This document shows positions 13,470 to 25,654 of a stretch of DNA of 64,000 nucleotides, piece after piece; within the stretch, counting starts at the first letter, position 1; the number at the start of each line of letters is the position of its first letter. This DNA is from Mustelus asterias (Eukaryota). The notes under the pieces are model-generated. The model had not been told where the DNA came from and did not search any database. It saw only the letters and a list, made by a program, of their open reading frames with translations. The position numbers were made by a program, and so were the translations under genes. Location: the NCBI RefSeq assembly GCF_964213995.1, contig NC_135808.1, positions 24,366,001 to 24,430,000 of the forward strand. The letters are read 5' to 3'.

Positions 13470-13729
13470 CTGTTAAAGGAAGGAGAGGCATTAAAATTAC
13501 TGTTTGTCATCAGACAGAATCAGTGCATGAGATATGGAGAGATAAAGATGGAGAGAGAGAGTGAGAGAAAGGAGAGGGAGAGAAAGGAGAGGGAGAGAAA
13601 GAGAGGGAGAGAAAGAGAAAGTAATTTATAAGTTATAAGTTCATTTATTGGTGTCACAAGTAGGCATTAACATTGCAATTAAATTACTGTGAAAATTCCC
13701 TCGTTGCCTGTTCGGGTAGATACAGAGAA

Positions 13730-13968
13730 AGAGTCAGACAGACAGACAGACAGAGAGAGAGGCAGAGAGCGAGCGAGAGAGGCAGAGAGCGAGAGAGAGA
13801 GGCGCAGAGAGCGAGCGAGAGGCGCAGAGAGCAAGAGAGAGAAGCGCAGAGAGCGAGAGAGAGGCGCAGAGAGCGGGAGAGAGAGGCGCAGAGAGCGAGA
13901 GAGAGGCGCAGAGAGCGAGAGAGAGAGGCGCAGAGAGCGAGAGAGAGAGGCGCAGAGAGCGAGAGAGA
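13730..13968. repeat. GA-rich simple repeat (GAGAGGCGCAGAGAGCGA)n
   Basis: Directly visible; lies at the junction where the TM exon is missing. Confidence 0.9.
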
Positions 13969-13999
13969 CAATCAGAAAACATAGAATACCTGACTGAGA

Positions 14000-15620
14000 A
14001 CCTGGCCATTTGGCCCATCTAGTTGATGCTGGTGTTTATGCTCCATTTGATCCTCCTCCCATCTTCCCTCATCGAAACTGACCATCTTAACTACATATTT
14101 CCTTCTCACTCATTCCCCTTAAACTATACTGTTCACTTCAACCACTCCCTGTGGCAGCGAGCTCCACATTCACATCACTCTTTGAGTAAAGAAGTTTCTC
14201 TTGAATTCCCTATTGGGTTTCTTGGTGACCATCTTGTATTGATGGCCCCGAGTTACATTCTTCCCACAAGAGGAAACATTCTTTCTGTGTCCAGTCTATG
14301 AAAACCTTTCCTAATTTTAAATCCTCGATTAGGTCAACCTTCTGTTTTCCTGAGAGTCAATCCTTCACTGAGATGTCCACCCACTCATTCCTTGAATCAT
14401 CTCTGTAAATCTTCTCTATGTCCTCTCCTGTGAGTAAAAACCCTTCTGTAAAATGGTGACTGGAACTGCACACGGTCTGTAAATGTGCTCTAATCATGAT
14501 TTGATAACGGTTTAGCAATAACTTCCTTGCTTTACAATTCTATCCCTCGAGAAATAAAGACTGATTTTCCATTTATTTTGTTCATGGCTTTGCCTAACCT
14601 GTTGCGGATTGGTTTAGCGTAAACCGAAATCCCTTTGTTCCTCAACCCCATCCAGCCCGGCACCTCCCAAGTAATAAGTGACCTCTCTATTCACCCCTAA
14701 TAGAAAACTACCTCAAGTTTATCTGTGCTGAACTCCATTCACCAATTATTTGCCCATTCTACAAGTTTATTTATGTTCTATTATTTTATTGCATATCGAA
14801 TAATTCGTCCCAATTTGGTGACCTGAGCAAATTGAGAAATTGTGTTTCGATTCCAATGTCCAAATAAGTGAGTGTAAAGTGTGAACAGTGGTGATTCCAG
14901 CGTTGATTACTGCGGAACACCATTTCCCACCTTCTGTCACTCCTTGTGAACTTTCCTTGCACTCTCTCCAAAGCTTCTACGTCCTTCCGATAGGGTGGTG
15001 ACCAGAACTGCACAAAATACTCCAAATACGGTCTAATCAAGGTTTTATATGGCTGCAACATGATTTCCCAACTCTTGGACTTAATGCCCCAGCTGATAAA
15101 GGCAAGCATTGCGGTAAACCACTGTTAAGCTCTTGCCTGTGTGTGTGTGTGAGACATGCCTGGGCATGCCCCGGTCGGCCCTGCCTGAGACTCCTCTCCC
15201 CCTGATCCAGGTATAAAGGTGACTGCTCCCATCCCCCCGCCTCAGTCTCGGGACCAGTTCATCAGCATGGGTGTGCTCCAAGTCTTTGCGAATAAAAGCC
15301 TATTTGTTCTTGCATACAAACTAGTCTTTGCTTGATTGAAAGTGCATCAAGCATGCCAAATGATTTCTTCATCACCTTGGCCACTTGTGTTGCCACTTTT
15401 AGGTAACTATGGACCTGCACACCCAGATCCCTCTGTATGTTAATGTACCTAAGAGTTCTGCTATTTACAGTATAATTCACACCTACATTTGAACCTCCAA
15501 AATGCATCACCTCACATCAATCCAGATTAAAATCCATCTCCCATTTTTGTGCCCAAGTCTCCAATCTATCTATCGATATCCTGTTGTATCCTCTGACAAT
15601 CCCCGGCACTATCACTGTCA
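14000..15620 (-). mobile_element. Decayed CR1-like LINE fragments in intron 4 (14000-14940 paralogous to ~43360-44300 and ~59165-60070)
   Basis: ORFs 14786-15109 and 15262-15510 give KTLIRPYLEYFVQFWSP and QRDLGVQVH. Confidence 0.75.
15110..15349 (+). mobile_element. Solo LTR, 240 bp
   Basis: TG...CA termini, 5-bp target duplication AGCAT (15105-15109 and 15350-15354), internal TATAAA and AATAAA; interrupts a CR1 reading frame. Confidence 0.85.
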
Positions 15621-15879
15621 ATTGTCAGAAAAAAAACATCTGGGTTCAATAATGTTCTTTAGGGAAAAAAATCTGCCGTCCTTACCCGGTCTGGCCTACA
15701 TGTCACTTCAGATCCACAGCAATGTGGTTGACTCTCAAATGCCCTCTGAACAAGGGCAACTAGGGGTGGGCAATAAATGCTGGCCAGTCAGCAACACCCA
15801 TGTCCCACAAATTAATTTTTAAAATTTAGCAAGGACTGGGCCTTTTTAAGTCCATGGTCAAATCTTATTTAGTGGCACT

Positions 15880-18800
15880 GGGAGAGTCTCCAAAAAAAAT
15901 CATTGTCATTACAGACTCCTCCACTGGGGATCCCACCGATCGGATATCTGCTAACGATAGTCGGCTCAAGGCCTCCTGGACAGTGTTCCAATTGGTAATT
16001 GTAGGCGGTCAGTAATAAAGCCCACTGCTGGATTGGGCTGATGTTATGGGCAACACTGCCTTGTCCTCTTTAAACAGTCCCAGGAGTGGCTTGTGGTCTG
16101 TGTCTTCATGACAAATTTCTGCTCATAATGGCGCTGGTGGAATCTTTTCACTCCTAATATCACCGCCAACCCTTCTTTTTCGACATGGGCTTTTTTGCAA
16201 TAGTCAAGGTCCTGGGAGCATAAGCAATTCCGCTCTGTTTTTTCCACCGATGTGCAAAAGCCACCATGAAGCCATACAAGGATGTGTCGCAAGTCAGTAA
16301 TAGTTCTTTCCTGGGATCGTAATGTGCCAGAATATTAAAAGAGGAAAGTTGTTGCTTTACTTTATTGAAAGCCAAGGATTGACTGGAAGACGACTCTCAA
16401 GGCTGATCTTTTTTTAGTAGTTGGTGTAATGGAGCCAGGATGGAGGCACGATTGGGCTTAATTTCCCAAATAGGTTATTGTTATGAAGCAGAGGTTGATC
16501 CCCCTCTGAGAACTAAGGCCTCACCACTCAAAGAGGAGCAACTCGCCATAATCTGTAAAAGTGAGTGTGAAGTGGTACAATCTGCTCTTCAGCAACTTTT
16601 ACTGGTTAAATCAAAATAATTTCCTGACTCTCTCAAAAATCAACAAGGAACAATTTATTTATCTAACTAACAGTGAACAAGTTAACAAAACCATTAACAA
16701 ACTGAATAAAATGATTCAAATGGAATGCTGTTCAGGTGAATACAATTCCCACTTATTAACAAAGACTCAAGAACATAAGAACTAGGAGCAGGAGGAAGCC
16801 ATTTGGCCCCTGGAGCCTGCTCCACCATTCAATAAGATCATGGCTGATCTTTTCGTGGGCTCAGCTCCACTTACCCGCCCGCTCACCATAATCCTTAATT
16901 CCTTTACTGTTCAAAAATGTATCTATCCTTGCCTTAAAAACATTCAATGAGGTAGCCTCAACTGTTTCACTGGGCAGGGAATTCCACAGATTCACAACCC
17001 TTTGTGTGAAGAGGTTCCTCCTCAACTCAGTCCTAAATCTGTTCCCCCTTATTTTGAGGCTATGCCCCCTAGTTCTAGTTTCACACGCCAGTGGAAACAA
17101 CTTCTTTGCTTCTATCTTATCTATTCCCTTCATAATCTTATATGTTTCTATAAGATCTCCCCTCATTCTTCTGAATTCCAATGAGTATAGCCCCAGTTTA
17201 CTCAGTCTCTCCTCATAAGCCAACCCTCTCAACTCCGGAATCAACCTAGTGAATCTCCTCTGCACCTCCTCCAGTGCCAGTATATCCTTTCTCAAGTAAG
17301 GAGACCAGAACTGTACACAGTACTCCAGGTATGGCCTCACCACCACCTGATACAGCTGCAATATAATCTTGCTGTTTTTAAACTCCATCCCTCAAGCAAT
17401 GAAGGACAAAATTTCATTTGCCTTCTTAATTACCTGCTGTCCTTGCAAGCCAACTCCTTGAGATTCCTGCACAAGGACACCCAGGTCCCTCTGCACAGCA
17501 GCATGCAGCAATTTTTTACCATTTAAATAATAGTCCATTTTGCTGTTATTCCTACCCAAATGGATGACCTCACATTTACCAACATTGTACTCCATCTGCC
17601 AGACCCTCGCCCACTCACTTGATTATCTATATCCCCCTGCAGATTTTCAGCGTCCTCTGCACACTTTTCTCTTCCACCCATCTGAGTGTCATCTGCGAAT
17701 TTCGACACACTACACTTGGTCCCCAACTCCAAATCATCTATGTAAATCGTAAACAATACCAGTCCCAACACTGATCCCTGAGGCACACCACTAGTCACTG
17801 ATCCCTGAGGCACACCACTAGTCAACCAGAAAAACACCCATTTACCCCCACTCTTTGCTTTCTGTTAGTTAACCAATCCTCTATCCATGCTAATACATTA
17901 CCCGTAACACTGTGTACCTTTATCTTATGTAGCAGTCTTTGGTGCGGCAAATTGTCAAATCCCTTCAGGAAATTCAGATACGCCACATCCACAGGTTCCC
18001 CATTGTCCACTGCACATGTAATGTTCTCAAAGAATTCCACCAAATTAGTCAAACGTGACCTGCCCTTCATGAACCCATGCTGCATCTTACCAATAGGACA
18101 ATTTATATCCAGATGTCTCGCTATTTCTTCCTTGATGATAGAACATCAAGGAAGAAATTGTCTCTTCCGGAATATTTGAGCTTTCTCTGTTGATTCTTCT
18201 GCCTGGAACTTCTTTCTTCTTTGTACCTTTGCTATTGAGATGGAACTTTCTCTTGGGGGAACCTGGGTTACACATTTTTTCCCTTCGTAGGCATACACCT
18301 GCCTTGGAAAATTGACTGAGAACTTCCTCAAGGTTCTTTAAGTGTTTCTTTTTTTTTAACCAGTGCAAAGGACATCATCCAGGTATATAGCAACCTGAGG
18401 TAGACTTTGCAAAATGTTCTCCATCACTCGCTGGAAGGTTGAGCAGGGTGACTATACCCCAAATGGCAGACAAGTGGATCGCTAAGGGCCCTTCTGAGTA
18501 TGAATTGTTGAATATCTCTGGGAATCATCATCTAGTTGTAATTGTAAGTAAGCGTGATTCATATCAAGTTTCACAAACAAGAGTCATCCTTCCAACCAGC
18601 TGCAAGAAACAGTTTACCGTTTGTTTCAGATCCCTGCAAAGACGGAATGATCCATCTGGCTTCAAAATTGGTAAGACTGGTGCTGCCCATTCCACAAATT
18701 GGACTGGTTTGATGATCCCTTCACGTTCCAGTCTTTGGATTTCTGCTTCAACTTTTACCCGTAAGTCAAATGGTGCTGGGCGGGCCTTGCAAAATAGTGG

Positions 18801-20170
18801 AATCACTTCCTGGTCAACAGGTAAGGTCGCCTTGGCTCCTTTGATAGTCCCAAGACCTTCCTGGAAAGCTTTAGGGTACGTAAGCAGGACTTCACTAAGG
18901 CAGCCTTTCTCTGGCTGAAGATGTTGAGCCAAGGTGGATCTCTTGCAACCAATTTCACACCATTAGGCTTCCCCATGCCCTCACTACAATCATTGGTAAC
19001 TGAACCAGCTGCCTTTCATAGGAGACAGGGTCAGAGGTTCTACTCAAAATTCAGAAAGGTTCCCCGATACAGGTTCCCTATCTTGCTGAGGTCTTCAGTA
19101 ACAATAAGCACTCGAGTCCATAGTGAATTTTATGGAACGCTGATTCTCTGAACACTGATACTGCCGCACCGATATCAACCTCCATTAGTACCAGATGTCC
19201 ACTTAACCATACGTTAATCTTGATTTGATCTGATTTGGACATCCATGTGCAATTTAATTGTTCTAAATCAGATGTAGGTGGATCTTCCCAGGGTGTGAAC
19301 ACTCCTGGATACCGGACTACAAGTTGCTTTACTAAATCTAAGTCCTGTAGGACTCCGTTGCTGTTGCTATCAGGTAGGACTTGTGACTGTTTGGTCGAAG
19401 TTTGGCTTTGCTTTAGGCAGACCTGGAGTTATGTGTATTTGGATACTTCCTGAGGGAGGCTATGTAATTGCCTGCTCTCAAATAGTGGTCCCTGAACTCA
19501 GCCGGACTGGCGTGGGTGTCCACTTCGGGATGGCTTGCAACTCATATGCTCCACATGCAGCATTTTCCAATGGTAAGACCTGCTGTAGCACCTGTTTGAA
19601 GTCCAGTTGTGCTTCAGCTAATAGGCATTCTTGAATAGTCACATTATTAATACCGCACACCAGACAGTCTCTAAGCATCTTGTTAAGAGCTAAAATAAAT
19701 TAATCTGCTTTCGCTAGTTGTCTTAACCTAGTTACAAAACCCGTAACAGATTGTTTAGTATAAACAATACTGTTTCAAAATTAGAGGTGGCTTGGGGTTG
19801 TAGCATTCTCCAACTACCTCAGTCAATTCTTGAAAGGTTTTAGTATCTGGTGCCTCAGAGAAAGTTTAACTCCAAATGACAGCAAACGCTCAAACACCAC
19901 AACATTCACAGCACCCTTTGTTTTTCATCTGCCATAATGTCATTTGCCCGAAAAAAATAACACATGTGATCCACATCTTGGGCCCAGTTCTCAACAGCAG
20001 GGTTGAACGAGTCTCGTCTTCCAAACAAAGTAATGATGCAGAAGAATGGCTGACCCCAACTTGGGCCAACTTTTGCAAGTTCCTTCAGGGATGTCACTGA
20101 AATAACTCCCGCCAGGCTGGTGTCCCTTCACCAAATTTAGATGTATTAACATAGTAAGCAACACTCAGAC
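15880..20170 (-). mobile_element. Decayed Gypsy LTR retrotransposon (gag-protease-RT-RNase H) with nested insertions
   Basis: gag MLRDCLVCGINN; protease MEVDIGAAVSV; RT PLFCKARPAPF...EWAAPVLPILKPDGSFRLC and YLDD at ~18375-18390; RNase H LAHYDPRKELLLTCDTS and EKEGLAVILGVKRFHQ. Confidence 0.9.
16768..18145 (-). mobile_element. CR1 LINE (5'-truncated) nested in the Gypsy element
   Basis: QHGFMKGRS, SGVPQGSVLG (with a local tandem duplication), KFADDT and RRMRGDLIETYK; AAGAACATAAGA tail on the plus strand at ~16770. Confidence 0.92.
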
Positions 20171-20187
20171 AGGTACTTCCTCATACT

Positions 20188-20848
20188 GGTGGCACGGTGG
20201 CACAGCGGTTAGCACTGCTGCCTAACAGCAACAGGGACCTGGGTTCAATTCCCACTTGGGTCACTGTCTGTGCAGATTCTGCACGTTCTCCCCGCATCCG
20301 TGTGGGCTTCCTCCAGGTACTCCAGTTTCCTACCACAGTCCAAATGTTGTGCTGGTTAGGTGCATTAGTAATACTAAATTCTCCCTCAGTATATGGGCGG
20401 CACGGTAGCACAGTGGTTAGTACTGCTGCTTCACAGCTCCAGGGTCCCGGGTTCGATTCCCGGCTCGGGTCACTGTCTGTGTGGAGTTTGCACATTCTCC
20501 TCATGTCTGCGTGGGTTTCCTCCAGGTGCTCAGGTTTCCTCCCACAGTCCAAAGATGTGTGGGTTAGGTTGATTGGCCAGGTTAAAAATTGTCCCTTAGA
20601 GTCCTGAGATGTGTAGGTTAGAGGGATTAGTGGGTAAATATGTGGGGGATGGGGCCTGGGTGGGATTGTGGTCGGTGCAGACTCGATGGGCCGAATGGCC
20701 TCCTTCTGCACTGTAGGGTTTCTATGATTCTATGATATACCCGAACAGGTACCGGAATGTGGCGACGAGGGGATTTTCACAGTAACTTCATTGCAGTGTT
20801 AATGTAAGCCTACTTGTAACACTAATAAATAAACTTCAAACTTTAAAC
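20188..20848 (+). mobile_element. Nested pair of V-domain SINEs (inner element ~20395-20735)
   Basis: Outer SINE breaks at CTCCCTCAGTAT and resumes at ACCCGAACAGG; inner SINE is full length with GGTTCGATTCC B box and (TCTATGAT)n tail. Confidence 0.85.
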
Positions 20849-21597
20849 CCAGAGTGCTAGTAACGCTGACACTCCACATTATGTACATATGCAGGGCTCC
20901 CTGATTGGACAATCCATTACTGGCTTAATTTGGGAGCTGGTATTCTAAGAGGTCCACATCGTGGGCCTTGTTAAAGTCACTGCAGGTGGACCATCCTATA
21001 ATCCATCAACCTCCCCTTGAAAGAAACCTTCCATTAGACTGCTCATTCTGGACACATGTAAAACCCTCACATTTTTTTTATTGTGATCGGGCCCTGAACC
21101 CTCTTCCTTCTCCTTATCCCCCGTTCACTGTGTGAGTGCAGAGGGGTCAATGTTGTGAAACTTTTCTCATGTGTGTATTTTCATCTTACCTCAGGTTTAC
21201 TGTGCAAGTTATTCACAGAGAACAGGAACACTCCAAATTTAAGGGTTGGGGAAAAGATGCCACCATTTATAAAGAGAGAGCTCAGAATCTTTTTTAAAAC
21301 TTACTGTTAGTGGACGAGTCGTGAGGGGGGAAATCAGGGCAGTTCATACTGACAACCCCCCACCGCCTGTAACACAGGATTCAGTGGGTCCTGCCATATT
21401 GTAATATCCCAGGATAAAGCCCATTCGTACTATAATATCTCAGGAGACAATGGGGCCTGTGGCACGGTAAAATCCCAGTAATCCCAATTCCTGTCCCCGA
21501 ATGGTGGCACCATGGTATATAATGTATTGAAGATTAATATATCTTTCCCTTGCTCTGTATCCTGGGCCTCAGGCTGTCAGAGAATCAGAGAAATAAA

Positions 21598-21910
21598 GAA
21601 TCCATTCAGTACAGAAAGAAAGATGCCATTCAGCCCATCGAGCCTGCACCAACAACAATCCCACCCAGGCTCTGTCCACGTTACCCCATGTGTTTACCCT
21701 GCTAATCCCCCTGACACTAACAGGCAATTGAGCATGGCCACTCTACCGAACCTGCACATCTTTGGACTGCGAGAGGAACCGGAGAACCGAGAGGAAACCC
21801 ATGCAGGCATGGGGAGAATGTGCAAACTCCACATATACAGTGGCCCGAGGCTGGAATTGAACCCGGATCCCTGGTGCTGTGAGGCAGCAGCGCTAATCAC
21901 TGTGCCTCAC
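21598..21910 (-). mobile_element. V-domain SINE
   Basis: Typical head and core in reverse complement; absent at the paralogous site in copy D (~61525). Confidence 0.8.
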
Positions 21911-22004
21911 AGCCCTGTCCTCGGCTGACAGCTCAGCACTGACCCTCCCTCCTGTGATCCTGGTCTGAGGCTGGGTCCTCTCTAACAGTGAGAAACAGTC
22001 TTAC

Positions 22005-22269
22005 CGTAAATCACCACCAGTGTCTCCTTCATCCCGCTGTGTTCCACCCGACAGGAATACTCGGCCTGGTCCTCTGGATCAAACTCTACCCATTTCCGGA
22101 TCTGGTAGGTGCTGTCGTGATTGGGTAAGATCCCACTGGACAGAGTCTCATCAATCACCACTCTGTTTCTCCACAGATTCACCTCGATGGCCTGAGGGTA
22201 AAAGCCGGTGACGGCACAGGACAGCCGGTTAGAATCACCCAGACGGGTAAAGGACACGATCGGGGGCAA
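22005..22269 (-). pseudogene. Copy B exon 4, alpha3 Ig C1 domain (frameshifted)
   Basis: LSCAVTGFYPQAIEVNLW...LPNHDSTYQ...YSCRVEHSG. Length is 265 nt versus 264 nt in copy D because of an extra base at 22260. Confidence 0.92.
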
Positions 22270-22334
22270 CTGAGAGAGAAAGAAAGAGGAGTCAGTACAG
22301 GAACCTCGAGATAGAGGGTCCCGGCATCACCCCC

Positions 22335-24268
22335 TTCACCGACTCTCACTCCCCCCTCACTCACCGACTCTCACTCCCCCCTCACTCACCGACTCTCACC
22401 CACCCCTCACTCACCGACTCTCACTCCCCACCTCACTCACCAACTCTCACTCCCCCTCACTCACCGACTCTCACTCCCCCCTCACTCACCGACTCTCACT
22501 CCCCCCTCACTCACAGACTCTCACTTCCACCCTCACTCACCAACTCTCGCTCCCCCTCACTCACCGACCCTCACGCCCCCCTCACTCACCGACTCTCACT
22601 CCCCCTCACTCACCGACTCTCACTCCCCCCTCACTCCCGGACACTCACTCCCCCCTCACTCACCGACTCTCACTCCCCCCTCCCTCACCGACTCTCACTC
22701 CCCCCTCACTCACTGACTCTCACTCCCCCCTCACTCACCGACTCTCACTCCCCCCTCACTCACCGACTCTCACTCCCCCCTCACTCACCGACTCTCACTC
22801 CCCCCCTGACTCACTGACTCTCACTCCCCCCTCACTCACCAACTCTCACTCCCCCCTCACTCACCGACTCTCATTCCCCCCTCACTCACCGACTCTCACT
22901 CCCCCCTCACTCACCGACTCTCACTCCCCCCTCACTCACCGACTCTCATTCCCCCCTCACTCACTGACTCTCACTCCCCCCTCACTCACCGACTCTCACT
23001 CCCCCCTCACTCACCGACTCTCACTCCCCCCTCACTCACCGACTCTCACTCCCCCCCCTGACTCACGGACTCTCACTCCCCCCTCACTCACCGACTCTCA
23101 CTCCCCCCTCACTCACCGACTCTCACTCCCCCCTCACTCACCGACTCTCACTCCCCCCCTGACTCACTGACTCTCACTCCCCCCTCACTCACTGACTCTC
23201 ACTCCTCCCCTCACTCACCAACTCTCACTCCCCCCTCACTCACCGACTCTCACTCCCCCCCCCACTCACCGACTCTCACTCCCCCCGCCTCACTCACTGA
23301 CTCTCACCCCCCCTCACTCACCGACTCTCACTGCCCCCCCTCACTCACCGACTCTCACTCCGCCCCCCTCACTCACTGACTCTCACTCCCCCCTCACTCA
23401 TTGACTCTCACTCCCCCCTCACTCACTGACTCTCACTCCCCCCTCACTCACCGACTCTCACTCCCCCGCCTCACTCACTGACTCTCACTCCCCCCTCACT
23501 CACCGACTCTCACTGCCCCCCTCACTCACCGACTCTCACTCCGCCCCCTCACTCACTGACTCTCACTCCCCCCTCACTCATTGACTCTCACTCCCCCCTC
23601 ACTCACTGACTCTCACTCCCCCCTCACTCATTGACTCTCACTCCCCCCTCACTCACTGACTCTCACTCCCCCCTCACTCATTGACTCTCACTCCCCCCTC
23701 ACTCATTGACTCTCACTCCCCCCTCACTCATTGACTCTCACTCCCCCCTCACTCACTGACTCTCACCCCCCTCACTCACTCACCGACTCGCACTCCCCCC
23801 TCACTCACCGACTCTCACTCCCCCCTCACTCACCGACTCTCACTCCCCCCCTCACTCACCGACTCTCACTCCCCCCCTCACTCACCGACTCTCACTCCCC
23901 CCTAACTCACCGACTCTCACTCCCCCCTCACTCACCGACTCTCACTCCCCCCTCACTCACTGACTCTCACTCCCCCCTCACTCACCGACTCTCACTCCCC
24001 CCTCACTCACTGACTCTCACTCCCCCCTCACTCACCGACTCTCACTCCCCCCTCACTCACTGGCTCTCACTCCCCCCTCACTCACCGACTCTCACTCCCC
24101 CCTCACTCACCGACTCTCACTCCCCCCTCACTCACCGACTCTCACTCCCCCCTCACTCACTGACTCTCACTCCCCCCTCACTCACCGACTCTCACTCCCC
24201 CCTCACTCACCGACTCTCACTCCCCCCTCACTCACCGACTCTCACTCCCCCCTCACTCACTGACTCTC
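22335..24268. repeat. ~25-bp minisatellite (CTCACTCACCGACTCTCACTCCCCC)n filling intron 3 of copy B
   Basis: Roughly 75-80 copies estimated from length; the unit overlaps the alpha2 exon end and its donor site. Confidence 0.97.
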
Positions 24269-24533
24269 AGTAATTTTTGTCCATACTCCAGATATTTCCT
24301 CAGCCACTCGATACACTCCACCTCCAGGTAACGTTTCCATCGCTGGTTAATGCCCGTGCTGCCCTCCCACTTTTGTTTGGTGATCTCTCCCCAAGGGACG
24401 GGGGTCACCCACACCAGAAGATCCTTTTCAAAACTGATGAAATCTAGTCCGTCCCACCCGTACTGGTTGAATCCAGTCGTATTCCCATCATCACTCAGGT
24501 CACAGCCAGTCATCAGCTGGTGTATGTGGATCC
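24261..24533 (-). pseudogene. Copy B exon 3, alpha2 domain (open frame, 273 nt)
   Basis: GIHIHQLMTGCDL...YGWDGLDFISF...TKQKWE...YLEVECIEWLRKYLEYG; both conserved Cys present; CAG acceptor and GTGAGT donor. Confidence 0.95.
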
Positions 24534-24867
24534 CTGTGGATTAGAAAGATAACCTGCCAATCAGGGCCAGTCCCAATAAAAGCCGCACTCACCATAAACC
24601 CACCCAAAGAGATCCATTCCCACTGGAGGTCCAGCCACCACACACACACACACACACACAGCCAATCCGGCCCAATCCACCTGGAGGCAAAGCCACCAAA
24701 CACACACAATCAGATTCAGTTGACCAACAGACCTTACAAAGCCATTCACAACCTCAGTTTATCAGCCCCCAGTCCCAGATCCTGATCCGCTCCCAGTTTC
24801 TCCCACTCTGACCCAGATGCCCTGCATCCTGAGAAAGAGGCTGAGTGCTGGGAGTTTGAAGACTCAC

Positions 24868-25127
24868 CTCCTGACTGGTTGGTTCAATACATGAGGGTCT
24901 GAATATTATCTTTGAGACATTGGTCCCCCTCCTGTGTGAGCTTCTTCTTCTGTTCCCAGGACTCAAGCCCCTCGCTCTCCACCATCCACTGCCCCGGGGG
25001 ATCACCTCCCTCCGATCGCTGTCGTACACAACAAACTGGACACCGTCCACATAACCGACAGCCACAAACTCCGGGAAACCCGTGATCGGAGTCATTCCTG
25101 TGAGGAAATACCGGAGAGAGTGAGAGC
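24868..25127 (-). pseudogene. Copy B exon 2, alpha1 domain (frameshift plus stop)
   Basis: [38 protein letters not shown]...IPR / [14 protein letters not shown]...TLMY*TNQSG; 260 nt, not a multiple of 3. Confidence 0.95.
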
Positions 25128-25179
25128 CTGAAATAGAGAGAGAGAGAATTCAAGATAGACACCCTAAAAACACCAACAC

Positions 25180-25215
<36 letters not shown>

Positions 25216-25269
25216 ATCAGGGCATGAACCCCAAAACACTGATTCCAAACCGAGAGCAAGACCTCCATC

Positions 25270-25495
25270 CAGCCTGGCATTGCCCCTCTCACACCCCATC
25301 ACTCACTGACCCAGGGTTAATGCCCCAATACCCAGCCTGGCATTGCCCCTCTCACACCCCATCACTCACTGACCCAGGGTTAATGCCCCAATACCCAGCC
25401 TGGCATTGCCCCTCTCACACCCCATCACTCACTGACCCAGGGTTAATGTCCCAGTACCAAGCCTGGCATTGCCCCTCTCACACCCCATCACTCAC
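25270..25495. repeat. 63-bp tandem repeat at the start of intron 1, copy B
   Basis: Unit starts at 25278, 25341, 25404 and 25467. Confidence 0.95.
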
Positions 25496-25544
25496 CTGCA
25501 GACACCTCTCCACACAGAAGGACCAGCTCTATCAGTCCAATCAT
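25496..25544 (-). pseudogene. Copy B exon 1, signal peptide MIGLIELVLLCGEVSA
   Basis: ATG at 25544; phase-1 donor joins in frame to GSHSLRYF. Confidence 0.9.
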
Positions 25545-25654
25545 TGCTGCTTCCCTCATGTTGGGGGAAACATTTGGAGGAAACTCTTTTTCAAAGAAAG
25601 GCCATTTTCCCAACTCACTCCTTCTGTCTTTCCCTGTTTACACTGAGCCTCAAT

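Larger units (their letters stand above)
13423..25544 (-). pseudogene. MHC class I heavy chain copy B, pseudogene (exons 25496-25544, 24868-25127, 24261-24533, 22005-22269, 13423-13469; TM and first cytoplasmic exons missing)
   Basis: Canonical AG/GT phase-1 boundaries and recognisable class I domains. Lesions: 1-nt deletion (~24993) and TGA (24884-24886) in alpha1; 1-nt insertion (22260) in alpha3 relative to copy D. Confidence 0.9.

Noticed and set aside
13142-13564. Plus-strand ORF open in all three units (also 41752-42132 and 53843-54328)
   Set aside because: It is antisense to class I exon 7 and the 3' UTR, has variable ends and no recognisable domain; near-identity of the duplicates is enough to explain it.
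20395-20470. tRNA-like A and B boxes
   Set aside because: These are SINE heads continuing into the V domain, not tRNA genes.
22335-24268. Regular repeats resembling a CRISPR array (also 56980-58695)
   Set aside because: Head-to-tail units with no unique spacers, in vertebrate intronic DNA, with no cas genes.
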